DNA of 64,000 nt, from assembly GCA_043228905.1 (NCBI GenBank), contig JBHGNT010000016.1, positions 18,600,001-18,664,000 of the forward strand, written 5' to 3'. The notes under the pieces are model-generated. The model saw nothing but the letters and a program-made list of their open reading frames with translations, did no database searches and was not told where the DNA came from. This document shows positions 37,701-49,317 of this stretch, one piece after another. This DNA is from Azolla caroliniana (lineage: Eukaryota > Plantae > Polypodiophyta). The first letter of the stretch is position 1. Every line of letters begins with the position of its first letter. Both the position numbers and the translations under genes were made by a program.

Positions 37701-37830
37701 GAAGAGGAAGAAGTCGGCGTGGACTTCTTCAAATCGGCTCAATTGTCGGCGAACGGGCAAACCACATGAGGAAGACTACGATGGGGAGTAGCTTTGGATC
37801 GAACGGTTCCTGAGTTTGATGACAATGGAC
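31706..37830 (+). mobile_element. Non-chromovirus Ty3/Gypsy F: 5' LTR plus decayed gag-pol, 3'-truncated
   Basis: LTR 31706-33564 (TGTCGTGA..CGTGACA); LIDHGSEINL protease; GDLYSEYDQFQL, AFLDNIPIKG, ITVDTSPTG. Confidence 0.88.
32001..33078 (+). mobile_element. Solo LTR nested inside the F 5' LTR
   Basis: TGTCGTGAGGATTC...CCGTGACA; same termini type as host LTR; flanks ACCGT/ACGTT imperfect. Confidence 0.65.
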
Positions 37831-38880
37831 ATGTCATTGCTCCACTATCCTATTTTGTATCATTTGATGTGCCAATATTTTCTTCCGAAAGAACTTGATT
37901 GTTCGTTGTAGCAGCTATCTCCATCGGTGTTGATGTGTCAATAGAGAAGTAGAAAAAGTTTGAAAGCTGAAATTCTAGCTCCATGTTACGATGTTTCTTC
38001 CCCTCAAGTATAAATACCTACATAGCTCCAACTTTGTCACTTTGCAATTCTTCTGTCCTTTCGACATTTTCCATCTTCATGTCGCTTATATCACTGCTAG
38101 GACAATTACGATCTACACCTTGTTACTGTTTTGCATCATTTACATATCAAATAGATTGTTTTTAGTGTGGATCTTTTGTCTATCTATGTTTCCTCTTTCA
38201 CCATTGTTGTGAAGTTATTGCTTCACGATGTCAAAACAATGTCAAAAATCTATAGAAATAAATTTCCCATATGGAGCTTGTGGCGAGGAGCATATGGACA
38301 TTTTCGGTTCTTGAATCGGAGTTCAAGAGCCCAAGATACAAGCTTCGGAAGGATTAATGCTACTCGGGACACAAATGTAATTATGTCGAAAGGGGAAGTC
38401 AAAACTAAATGAGGGCTATTTCTATAATTTCTCAAATGTACAACTACAAAATTGAATTTGTAGAATCAATAAATAAAATAATAGTTCTTCTTGAGGGGCG
38501 GTAAGATATGGTGGCATCCGAAGAAATGGAATGGCTCACCACTCTAGGTGGTGACAAGGAAAGAGGACCGGTAGGAGCTTCTGTCGGAATTTCATGAGAG
38601 TCCCTGGTCCGGACATCGAGGGATGTGGGCGACATTCGAGAAGTTGAAGGAGAGGTACTAGTGGCTAGGGATGTACAAGGGTGTACACCAGTTCGTGACG
38701 ATATGCGAGAGTTGCCAAGTGCATTCCATAATTCGGCACCGAGATGAGTGTTGGTGTCAGGAACTCTATTAAGGCAGAGAAGGAATTAGTACTAAAAGAA
38801 GGATTAGTACTATTGTCGGGGAATAGTACTAAGACAGAGAAGGATTAGTACTATGAGAGGTGTCGAACTTTGAGAGAAGG

Positions 38881-38931
<51 letters not shown>

Positions 38932-39050
38932 TGATGCGAAAGATATATGTATTATATGAAGGAAGATATACAACAGTGGTTAGAAGGCTTAAGACTGGCG
39001 TTGAACCGATTTGGTTCGAACTAATGCCTTGCGCCTCCTTTTATAGTGTC

Positions 39051-39083
39051 TTCAGGAATACTCCTGAAGTTTCTAGAATGTTC
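39051..39083. promoter_or_regulatory. Heat-shock element array in LTR of B (second copy 44361-44393)
   Basis: TTCagGAAtaCTCctGAAgtTTCtaGAAtgTTC: seven in-phase units, one mismatch. Confidence 0.75.
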
Positions 39084-39157
39084 CAGAGAAATCTGGAATA
39101 TACATCAATTTCCTAATAAAACCTAAATGAAAATAATATCCTTCAAATTACAATTCA

Positions 39158-39210
39158 TAACCTAATGGTAAAGTCTCGACCCGTGTAACAAAAGGTTATG
39201 GGTTCGAGTC
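39158..39210 (+). promoter_or_regulatory. tRNA-like A/B-box cassette in LTR of B (second copy 44468-44520)
   Basis: TAACCTAATGG, 34 nt, TTCGAGTC. Confidence 0.6.
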
Positions 39211-39213
39211 TAG

Positions 39214-42200
39214 TTATGACACTATCCCCCCTTTAAAACGACGAGTTCCACGAGTCGTTTTGGATTGAGGACCCGGTTTCTCGGGATATCGTCGATGGAA
39301 GTCTTCTAGAAGAGCACGAGCATTGGTCACATTCTCGATCGGTTCCCAAGTACGCTCGCTGGGACTATATCCTAGCCAATCGACTAGATAGTAGAGCTTG
39401 TTGCGAACAATCTTGGAATCGAGGATGGCAGCGACCTCATACTCAGGTCCATCTTCGAGCTCGATAGGAGGTGGTGGTTGTATAGTACGTCCTGGGATAG
39501 TGCTCTCGTGATAGGGTTCGAGGAGAGAACTATGAAACACCGGATGTATCCGAAGTTGCGGAGGTAGCTCGAGACGAAAAGCGACATCATTAATCTTCCC
39601 GATAATACGGAAAGGACCTAATCGCCGATAATCCAACTTCTCACATGGGCGAGTAGTCTTGATGTGTCGTCGTAGCAGCCACACCCGATCTCCAATGTTA
39701 AAACTGGATGGAAGTCGATGACGATCTGCGTAGTCCTTGTGTGATTGTTGAGCTTGCTGGAGTTGAGTAGATAAATCCGCTTGTATCTTGCGTAACCGCT
39801 CCAAACGATCCTCCGCGCAAGGATTTGTGGACACTTCTGGGGTTTCAAGGACACACCACCGGGGATGATATCCTGTATAAGCGTAGAATGGCGTGACTTT
39901 AGTCGATGCGTGGATAGCGTTATTATAGGCAAATTCGGCGAACTGAAGAATATCTGCCCAGTCATTCTGATGATAGTTGAGAAAGCACCGCAGATACTGC
40001 TCCAGTGTTTGATTTGTTCGTTCGGCTTGACCGTCGGTTTGTGGGTGGTAGCCGGAGGAGAGGTTACAAGTGACCTTCAGCATTTTAAAAAGGTGCTTCC
40101 AGAATTTTGACACAAACTGGGGTCCACGATCGCTGATGATATTATCAGGGAGTCCATGATGCCGACATACTTCCCGCATGACAATTTCGGCGGTGTCTTC
40201 ACTAGATATTTCTTTAGTACATGGTAAGAAATGAGCCATCTTCGTATATCGATCCACCACTGTGAGAATCGCACTGAATCCCTTAGAGACTGGAAGATCT
40301 GTAATGAAGTCAAGAGCAATGGATTGCCATGGCTTGCTTGGAATTGGTAATGGTTCTAATAAACCATATGGATGATGTCTTGGCATTTTCGCTCTGCAGC
40401 ATGTATCGCAAGTCCGAACAAAATCTTCGACAAATTGTCGCATACGGGGCCACCAGAATGATCGTTGTACTAAATCTAATGTTTTAGTACTACCAAAATG
40501 TCCTGCTGTATATGTGTCATGGCAGTTTTGTACTACTCGAAGGCGGCAAGAACCATTAGGAACATACAAAAGTTCTTTAAAGAAGAGTAATCCATCACAG
40601 TATTTGAATTGCCGATAATCCGTACCTGGTGATTGTGATTGTGAACATGACGCTCGAGAGGGGTCAATTTGTGCTAGTATAGCTTGGGCGAAAGCGTCAG
40701 TCTTCAAGTCCTCACGTATAGTATTGGTAATGTCGGAATCCACGGGCATGTCAAAGACCTGTGCTGCTTGCAGTCGTGCTGGACCCAAGATTACTTGCTT
40801 CTGGTTATCGAAAGCTGGCTCACCGGGACGTGGTGTTAGATACGAACGCCGTGATAATGCATCTGCCTTCCCTTGGTGCTTCCCCGGACGATATGTAATT
40901 TTGAAGTCGAAGCGTGTGAGGAAGTGGGCCCACCGAGCTTGACGTCGATTCAGTACACGAGCATCTTGAAAGTAGGCAAGGTTCTTGTGGTCACTGAATA
41001 CAGTGACCTGATGAGGAGATCCCTCCAGGAAATGCCTCCATTGCATAAAAGAATCAACTATTGCTAATAGCTCTTTATCATGAATTTCGTAGTTGATTTC
41101 GGCGGCGTCAAACTTACGGGAGTGGAAAGCCACAGGATGTAGCTTCTCGTCGTTACCTTGTTGTGACAGAATGCTCCCCAATGCGAAATCCGATGCGTCA
41201 GCTTCGATAATGAATGGTTTTTCCGGATCCACATGACCTAAAATTGGAGCTGATGTAAACGCCTTCTTAAGACTCTCGAAAGCCATGTCCGTCTCTTTAG
41301 ACCAGATGAATGATTGTCCCTTCCTGGTGAGCTGTGTGAGAGGCAGCACAATTTTTGAGTAATTTTGTATGAACTTCCGGTAAAAATTTGCAAAGCCTAG
41401 GAAGCATTGCACATCCCGCACCGAACGCGGAGTGTGCCATTCTATCACCGTTTTGACCTTGGCTGGGTCCATAGATATGCCTTCTGAGGAGATGACATAG
41501 CCGAGAAACTCCACTTGGTTGCACCCGAAACTACATTTCTCTAACTTTGCATACAGACCATGTTCTCGAAGTCGTTTTAGTACTAATAGTACATGAGAAT
41601 CATGTTCTTCTTGGGTCTTTGAATAAACCAGTAGATCATCCAAATAGATGATCAAAAAATCATCCAAGAGATCTCGAAATATATCATTCGCCATGTGCTG
41701 GAAGACTGCCGGCGCATTAGTGAGTCCGAACGGCATGACCGTATACTCGAAGTGCCCATATCTGGTGCGAAACGCGGTCTTCCATTCATCTCCTGGTCGG
41801 ATCCGTACGAGGTTATAGGCTCCTCGTAAGTCGATCTTCGTGAAGAACCTAGCACCGTTGATCCGTTCTAAAAGACTTGAGATAAGGGGAAGAGCATACC
41901 TATTTCTTACTGTGACCTTATTCAAGCCACGGTAATCTACAACGAGTCGAAGCGAGCCATCTTTTTTCTTGACGAAGAAAATGGGTGCGCCGGCTGGAGA
42001 TTTCGAATGCCGAATGAAACCGTTCTCCAAATTCTCCTCTATATAGGCTCGAAGGACTTCTAGCTCGGTTGGTGACAAATTGTAGATCGGCCCCCATGGC
42101 GGCTCTTTTCCCGGTTGTAAGTCGATGGCGCAATCGTACGGCCGATGATGAGGAAGTGTGTTGGTTTGTACTTTATCGAACACATCAGCATACTGATGAT

Positions 42201-42810
42201 ACTTCTCGGGAAGTTGAACGGTGGACTCCTCTTTGGTGGTGCTGGAGGGTTGTACTGATATTGCGAAGAGAAACATTTCCTCCTTGCGCCCTTCCTCACG
42301 CAACTGACGTAGCGAAATGGTTGCAACCTTCTGGGTAGATCCTTGGGTTTGTCGCAACTGGATTTCCCTTGTCCTCCAATCTATGTCTGGGTTATGTAAC
42401 TCGAACCATGGTAATCCTAAAACTATGGGATGTTCTGGAATACTAATAATATTAAATGATACTACACATGTTAAGTTATCTAGGACAATATTAACGGGTT
42501 CCGACTCTTCTATGATATTACCAGAAGCAATGGGACGACCATCAATGACTACTACTGAGGCTGGACATGGGAGCTTTCTGAGAGATATCTGATGAGCTCG
42601 GGCAAAATTCCTATCCATGAAGCAAGAATTAGCTCCGGAATCTAGAAGGGCTAAGGTATGTACTGGAGGGGTACTTTTAGTACTAACTGCTACTTGGGCT
42701 ACGAACACATCACTAACTTGCTTAGAGGGAATGGAACCACTAATGGGCTGCACAGATCTAGGGCTGTCCAACCAAACGGCTCCTATTTTGGCTGGACTTA
42801 GTCGTTTAAC
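39214..42810 (-). CDS. pol: Pol (PR-RT-RH-INT-chromodomain), -1 frameshift product
   Basis: LLDSGA, YLDD, ADASD, SDRGPQF, chromodomain; uninterrupted frame. Confidence 0.95.
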   Translation of the reverse strand, partial: VKRLSPAKIGAVWLDSPRSVQPISGSIPSKQVSDVFVAQVAVSTKSTPPVHTLALLDSGANSCFMDRNFARAHQISLRKLPCPASVVVIDGRPIASGNIIEESEPVNIVLDNLTCVVSFNIISIPEHPIVLGLPWFELHNPDIDWRTREIQLRQTQGSTQKVATISLRQLREEGRKEEMFLFAISVQPSSTTKEESTVQLPEKYHQYADVFDKVQTNTLPHHRPYDCAIDLQPGKEPPWGPIYNLSPTELEVLRAYIEENLENGFIRHSKSPAGAPIFFVKKKDGSLRLVVDYRGLNKVTVRNRYALPLISSLLERINGARFFTKIDLRGAYNLVRIRPGDEWKTAFRTRYGHFEYTVMPFGLTNAPAVFQHMANDIFRDLLDDFLIIYLDDLLVYSKTQEEHDSHVLLVLKRLREHGLYAKLEKCSFGCNQVEFLGYVISSEGISMDPAKVKTVIEWHTPRSVRDVQCFLGFANFYRKFIQNYSKIVLPLTQLTRKGQSFIWSKETDMAFESLKKAFTSAPILGHVDPEKPFIIEADASDFALGSILSQQGNDEKLHPVAFHSRKFDAAEINYEIHDKELLAIVDSFMQWRHFLEGSPHQVTVFSDHKNLAYFQDARVLNRRQARWAHFLTRFDFKITYRPGKHQGKADALSRRSYLTPRPGEPAFDNQKQVILGPARLQAAQVFDMPVDSDITNTIREDLKTDAFAQAILAQIDPSRASCSQSQSPGTDYRQFKYCDGLLFFKELLYVPNGSCRLRVVQNCHDTYTAGHFGSTKTLDLVQRSFWWPRMRQFVEDFVRTCDTCCRAKMPRHHPYGLLEPLPIPSKPWQSIALDFITDLPVSKGFSAILTVVDRYTKMAHFLPCTKEISSEDTAEIVMREVCRHHGLPDNIISDRGPQFVSKFWKHLFKMLKVTCNLSSGYHPQTDGQAERTNQTLEQYLRCFLNYHQNDWADILQFAEFAYNNAIHASTKVTPFYAYTGYHPRWCVLETPEVSTNPCAEDRLERLRKIQADLSTQLQQAQQSHKDYADRHRLPSSFNIGDRVWLLRRHIKTTRPCEKLDYRRLGPFRIIGKINDVAFRLELPPQLRIHPVFHSSLLEPYHESTIPGRTIQPPPPIELEDGPEYEVAAILDSKIVRNKLYYLVDWLGYSPSERTWEPIENVTNARALLEDFHRRYPEKPGPQSKTTRGTRRFKGGIVS

Positions 42811-43967
42811 TCTTCTTCTAATTGGCTAAGGATATCAAATTTGTTTGCGAGATTCGGACTATTAGTACTATTAGGACTATTATGACTATGAGGACTATCA
42901 GAGATTCCTACTGAAATAGACTCGGGTTTAGTATAGTCAGAACTAACAACGACTTGGTTTACCTGCCTTCTTGGTCTATGGGGACAGTTTATCGCGATAT
43001 GCCCTGGTCCACCGCAATAAAGGCATAATCGGTTTGTTCGGCGTCGTTGCTTTTCCTCCTCCGATAGCGGCCCACGACGACGTGTAGTGTCAATTTCCAT
43101 TGGAGTTGGAGTACTTACTGGAGGCGCATTATGTGACTCCCTTTGAAAAGGTTTCGCTACCACTGAGGCATAGGTAGGCTCGGATCTTGCCCTCGGCATC
43201 TGAAATTGTCGTTCCGAACGTCGCTCGAAGAGGCGGTTGTCACATCTGACCGCTCGACTGATTGCTTCTGTTAATGATTTTGGCTCTTCAGGGAAAGTCA
43301 AGAGTAAATCCTTGACATCGTTGCGTAGACCATAGCGGAACTGCTCCATCAATGCTTGATCATCCCAGGGGATATCGGCGGCGAGTAGGCGGAAATCTGC
43401 AGCATATGCGGAGGCTGGACGGTCACCTTGGCGTAATCGCCGGATTTTATTGATTGCAGTCCTTATGCTGTCAGTATCTCCAAAACATGCTTTAAACTCA
43501 CTTATGAATTCTTCAAAATTATTTAGTACTGGAGATTCCTTTTCTAGTAGCGGAGCGAACCATGCTAATGCTGAGCCATTTAACAACGTGCCTACTAAAC
43601 CCACTCGTGATGCATCGGTGGGATATCGGGACGGATGCATTTGAATAACTAACCGTACCTGGTTAAGAAACCCTCTAAACTGCGATCGCGTTCCATCGAA
43701 CTTCGTGGGAAGGCCAATCTTGGGTTCTTTATGAATCCCTTGTGCTCCGTGCCCTTGTTGTTGCATTGCTACGATGGTTGCTTCGAGTTGTTGCACGCGT
43801 AACGCAAGTTCCCCATGCTGTTGTTGCGTTTGCTGCTTTTCTAAGGAAATTTGCTGAAGATCCCCCAACAAGCGTTGATTTTCTTGTTCCAAAGCATGAA
43901 ACTTCTCTTTCAAGCATTGAAATTCCGAGAAAACGGATTGATACTCTTCAGCGCTAACGGTGGCCAT
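42798..43967 (-). CDS. gag: Gag
   Basis: 389 aa, close paralog of gag A, CLYCGGPGHIAINC. Confidence 0.95.
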   Translation of the reverse strand: MATVSAEEYQSVFSEFQCLKEKFHALEQENQRLLGDLQQISLEKQQTQQQHGELALRVQQLEATIVAMQQQGHGAQGIHKEPKIGLPTKFDGTRSQFRGFLNQVRLVIQMHPSRYPTDASRVGLVGTLLNGSALAWFAPLLEKESPVLNNFEEFISEFKACFGDTDSIRTAINKIRRLRQGDRPASAYAADFRLLAADIPWDDQALMEQFRYGLRNDVKDLLLTFPEEPKSLTEAISRAVRCDNRLFERRSERQFQMPRARSEPTYASVVAKPFQRESHNAPPVSTPTPMEIDTTRRRGPLSEEEKQRRRTNRLCLYCGGPGHIAINCPHRPRRQVNQVVVSSDYTKPESISVGISDSPHSHNSPNSTNSPNLANKFDILSQLEEELND

Positions 43968-44056
43968 GGGATGAAGGAAAAGGGGAATAAGAGACTAATA
44001 GGAAAGGAGGGAGACAGAAGGAAGAGGGAGAGAAAAGACCAGACAGGCACCGAGGG

Positions 44057-44068
44057 AAATCGGTTCAA
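44057..44068 (-). promoter_or_regulatory. Self-priming PBS of B (TTGAACCGATTT)
   Basis: Complementary to AAATCGGTTCAA at 44322-44311, 33 nt after TATA. Confidence 0.85.
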
Positions 44069-44196
44069 ACTGTCAGGAACTCTATTAAGGCAGAGAAGGA
44101 ATTAGTACTAAAAGAAGGATTAGTACTATTGTCGGGGAATAGTACTAAGACAGAGAAGGATTAGTACTATGAGAGGTGTCGAACTTTGAGAGAAGG

Positions 44197-44241
<45 letters not shown>

Positions 44242-47200
44242 TGATGCGAAAGATATATGTATTATATGAAGGAAGATATACAACAGTGGTTAGAAGGCTT
44301 AAGACTGGCGTTGAACCGATTTGGTTCGAACTAATGCCTTGCGCCTCCTTTTATAGTGTCTTCAGGAATACTCCTGAAGTTTCTAGAATGTTCCAGAGAA
44401 ATCTGGAATATACATCAATTTCCTAATAAAACCTAAATGAAAATAATATCCTTCAAATTACAATTCATAACCTAATGGTAAAGTCTCGACCCGTGTAACA
44501 AAAGGTTATGGGTTCGAGTCTAGTTATGACAGTTGGCATAAAAGGCCGACTCCTTCCACTTTGTATCCTAGTGTGAACTCGTCCATATAGTTAGGGCTTA
44601 GTATATAATCGATAACCTAACGTTGTAAAGAGTGTGCTTCTTGATCATTTTGGTAACAAGTCTTTGAGTTGAGAGAGAGAGAACAAAAATAGAGAGAGCT
44701 TCCGTTAAAGCGTCATCTATGTGTTTATATCTTTTTGCCTTCCTTCTGTGTTGTTTGCTGAGCATAACCGACAGATCCTCACATATGTTCCCGCGCATAT
44801 TTGTCCTTCCCCTAGTATCAGAGCGATCCGTAGCTTGGTGGCAACAAACAACAAAAAGAAAAGGCTGAAAGGAAAAAGACCAGGTTAGCAAATCTCACTT
44901 TGAAAAGAATCATGGCATCAACATCTGGTACAGGAGTTAGGATCCGAAAATTCGACGGGAAAAACTTTGCCCTATGGAAGGAGATGATGCAGGATGTACT
45001 GATTATTTGAAGACAGGTCGAGGCCATTCGACACACCGAAAAGCCTGCTTCAATGTCAACCGATGAGTGGAGATCAATGGAAAAAATCTCACGCTCCACC
45101 ATTTGAATGCACCTAGTAAAAAATTTCTACTTCAGCATGGCAAAAGAGACACCAACGTTCTCACTATGGGAGAAGCTACAAGCCGTGTATGACAAAAAGT
45201 CCTCATCTTCAAAATTGATCTTGATCAAACAACTGTTCAACATGAAGATGAGAGAGACCGATACGGCTACCTCTCACATCAACACCTTCAGCCGGGTGTT
45301 GTTAGAACTCTCTTCACAAGGGATCATTTTTGAAGAAGAAGTGAAAGCCCTTGCCCTCCTATCGAGCTTACCGATGAGTTGGGAGGTATTCTGCACGACA
45401 TACACCAATAGCTGACCGATCCTAAACTTGGATGAGACGATCGGCCAAGTCCTCACCGAGGACATTCAGTGAAAATCGATGGGACTTACCATCGATAAAT
45501 CGGCAAAAGCCCATCACTCGACCGAGTTGTTCGACTGACATTGTTGAACGAGAGAACAAGCCGATAGAACCGGTCGGAATACCAACCGATCAAAAACAAG
45601 GGGAGACTAACAATAGTCGAAGTCGAGAACAGGCCGATTAGGCGAATTCTGCACATATTGTAGAAAATGTGGCCACAATGTTTCCGACATTGGTCGATCA
45701 AGATGAAAGAGAGTGGTCGACGATTTGAGCGAAATTGAGGCCAACCTGATTCGAACCACTCTCCAGTTGGAAACCAAATCAACCTTGCTGACTCCCGATC
45801 AGGACAAATCCTCTCCTTAGAGGATTCAATGATTGGAGAAGTCCTATACTGTGCACAAGATGCACACACGTGGTTACTGGATTCCGGAGCCACATTCCAT
45901 GTGACCCCCAACATTGAATGGTTTTCGAACTATTCAGTTGGCGCCAACGGCACAGTCTGACTAGGCAATGGGCAGGAGTGCAAATTTGCAGGAACCAGAG
46001 AGGTTCCCATCTGATTGCCCAATGGCAACATGATCACCCTGCACCAACTCAAGCACGCACCCGATCTGAAAAGGAGTCTAGTCTCCATCGGTATGTTAGT
46101 CGAAGATGAGTACCGAACGAGTGTAAGTGAGTCGATATGGATGATCAACCAGGGTTTTGTTAGAATTGGGAATGGACACAAGTACAATAACCGAGGACAC
46201 AAGTCTTCACCGAGGACATTAGGCGAAAATCAATGGACTTACCATCGATGAACGAGTCATTTGACCGACATAGTAGAACGAGAGAACAAGTCGACAAAAC
46301 CAGTTTGAATACCAACCGATAAAAAACGAGGGGCCGATCAGGCGAATTCTGCACACACTGCAGAAAAGCTAGCCACAATGTTTCTGACAGTTGATCGATC
46401 AAGAGTAAAGAGAGTGGTCGGAGATCCGAGCGAAATCGAGGCCGACCCGACTCAGACCACTCTCTAGTAGGCAACCAAATCAACATTGTTGACTCCCGAT
46501 CAGGAGAAATTGTCTCCTTAGAGGATTCAATGATCGAAGAAGTTCTATATTGTGAACAAGATGCACACACATGGTTACTGAATTCCAGAGCCACATTCCA
46601 TGTGACCCCCAACATTGAATGGTTTTTGAACTATTCAGTCAACGCCAACGGCACAATCCGACTAGGCAATGGGCAGGAGTGTAGAATCGCAGGGACCGGA
46701 GAGGTTCCCATCTGATTGCCCAATGGCAACATGATCACCCTACACCAAGTCAGGCACATACCTGATTTGAAAAGGAGTCTGGTCTCCATAGGCATGTTAG
46801 CCGAAGAAGGGTATTGAATGACTCTAAGTGAGTCGATATCGATGATCAACCGGGGAAATCTCAGAATTGGGAGTGGACACAAGTACAATAACTTATACCC
46901 ATTAATGGTGATCAATCCAGAAGGGGCCGTGAACGTAGCCAAAAAGACCAACCCAAACTTATGGAATGGCCGACTCGGCCATATATCTCAAGCCAGACTC
47001 GATTGGCTGATGGCGGTTGGTTACATCCCTAAACTCCAAGCAAAGACAGACTTCTGCGAGCATTGTCGATACAGGAAACAGACCCGATTTCACACACTCT
47101 CCACTACGAGACGGTACATAAGGCCATAGAGCTCGTGCACAAATATATATGTGGGCCCATGCTAGAGCGATCACTAGGAGGCTCCCGGTACTTCATCACC

Positions 47201-47988
47201 TTTGTAGATGATTGTACACGGAAGGTCAGGGCCTACTCGATTAGGTCCAAAGACGAAGCACTTGAGGTCTTCACTCCGTGGACATCTAAAGTGGAGAACC
47301 AGTGACGACACAAAGTGACGACACTCCGATCCGACAACGAAGGCGAATATACCTCCAAATCCTTCAAGGAGTACCTGTCTAACAAAGGGATCCAGCATCA
47401 AAAGACCGTTCCTTACACACCCATGCAGAATGGAGTGGTAGAACGGATCAACCGAATGATCCAGGAGAGAGTGACAACAATGCTCCAACAAGCTGGATTG
47501 AAGCTGGAGTTCTGGGTTGAGGCATTGCAGACAACAGTATACTTGATAACTTGATAAATCTATCACCGTCGAAAGCAATCAGGCTCGAAGTGCCATAGGC
47601 ATTATGGGCAAGCAAACAGCCGACCTACGATAGGCTCCGTGTATTCGGATGCGAAGCCTACGCGTTCATCCCTGGGGAGAAAAGGACCAAGTTGGCACCC
47701 CATGCGACGAAATGCATGTGTCTCGGTTATGGAACCGATGGGGACTTTGGCTACCAGTTATGGGACCCTGAGAACCGGAAACTAATCTGAAGTAGTGATG
47801 TAGTCTTCAATGAAGACTCTATCTTCTCTCAGTGCAGAAAATAGTTGGTAAGAAGGTATCCTTCGAAGTCGACACAAATGTCGTAGAAGGACCATCCCAC
47901 CAAGACGAATCAGAGATTCGACAAACAATCGGACTTGACCAAGCTGAAAACATACCTACCGACTCCGACCGTCCCCAGGCGCAAACCG

Positions 47989-48633
47989 TGTATAGCGTGT
48001 GTAAACCGGCCCTTACACGTGGGCACGCCGTTTGTTGTACAATAGATAGGTAGGCACAAGGACAGATCCTAGGTAGCAATATTCTATAAGGAGAATCGAG
48101 GAGTATCTCTGTCCGAAAGGACAGAGAATTAATGTGATGTAAACGGGTAAGACGGCCTCCCTCCTTGAGCTATAAAAGAGAGGGAGACGGGGGAGAAAAG
48201 GGCATCGCGCGCTAGAGGGGACGAAGTGTTGTCGGACTGGGACCGAGCTCTTCTCCTCTGTCGTTCTCCATAAGATTTCTTTGCGCAGGTTCTCGAGAGG
48301 CTGATTTTGCTCCGTGGAACGTCGTGTGCTTCCGGCAGAATCTCCATCTTGCTCCCCTGTATGGGTGGGTGATCAGGCGTCGACACCCGTCTCGCCGACC
48401 TGTTCGGCTGTAACCGTCCAAGTCATCTGCATACATATATTTATATACACGTTCTTATACTCTACCTCCTGCCCAACTTGTGTCTCTTGTGTTGATCGGG
48501 CTGCGTTCCCGCGCGCTTCTTTGTCTATCCGTGTGTGAGCGTGTCTCTCTCTCTCTCTCTCTCTCTCTTCTCACCTATTCCTCAGTCCAAGACCCCAGTG
48601 GTCCCGCCTTGTTCTCCACGCACGCGCGTAACA
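47989..48633 (+). mobile_element. Solo LTR (non-chromovirus Gypsy type) inside Copia G
   Basis: TG..TAACA, TATA at ~48171, U5 motif AGTCCAAGACCCCAGTGGTCC shared with F and I LTRs; TSD unclear. Confidence 0.65.
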
Positions 48634-49317
48634 ACGCGACACCGAATCGGTAGGAGGTCCACTAGTCGATCTCAAAGACAAAACCATCAAAGATAGAGCC
48701 GATTCGACAAGAGTCGAATAAAGCAAAGTCAAAATGATACAATTTGGCAATAGACTCGAGTCGACAATTTCACGGGGGAGAAAGTCGTGACACCACTGAA
48801 ATCCCAGCATGGGAGTGGGTCACCTAACAAGACTCCTGAGACAAACGGTTCAACAAATACCGATCAACCAGAAGAGCTGATCGAAGAATCCGAACCTCTT
48901 ATCTCGTCACCCAAGAGATTTGGATGAGCTCGAAGGCCGACAGAGGTCTACCAACCTGGCCTTGACTACAGCAACTACACCGATGCAGGCGAACCAAGCA
49001 CTTATGAAGAAGCTACAAGCCATGAAATCTGAAATGAACTCGATTCACAAGAATTAGACATGGGAGCTGGTTGAACTACCAGTTGGAAGAAAGTAGCTAG
49101 CTTGCAAATGGGTTTTCCAATACAAATATGTATCTAACTTAGAGAAACCCAAGTACAGAGCTCGGCTTGTCGCGAAAGGTTTCAAACAAGAACACGGGGT
49201 TGCCTACGATGAGATATTCTCATGAGTAGTCAAGATGACCACCTTCCGACTCCTACTAGGAGCTATAGCAACAGAAGACATGGAGCTCGAGAAAATGGAG
49301 GTAAAGACGGCATTCCT

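Larger units (their letters stand above)
38755..44531 (-). mobile_element. Chromovirus B: intact full-length Ty3/Gypsy (Tcn1-like)
   Basis: LTRs 38755-39221 and 44071-44531 differ only by 3 GA units by eye; TSD GTTGG; PPT AAAGGGGGGATAG. Confidence 0.97.
38749..49317 (+). mobile_element. Copia G, decayed and 3'-truncated; its 5' LTR is split by chromovirus B
   Basis: Rejoined LTR TGTTGG+CATAAAAGG..TAGTTAGGGCTT matches the 22103-22427 LTR family; PBS TAGTATCAGAGC 44813-44824; gag from 44912; WLLDSGA, FVDDCTR, TPMQNGV, ARLVAKGF. Confidence 0.85.

Noticed and set aside
37830-38748. Unassigned segment between Gypsy F and Copia G
   Set aside because: No motif, terminus or ORF I can support.
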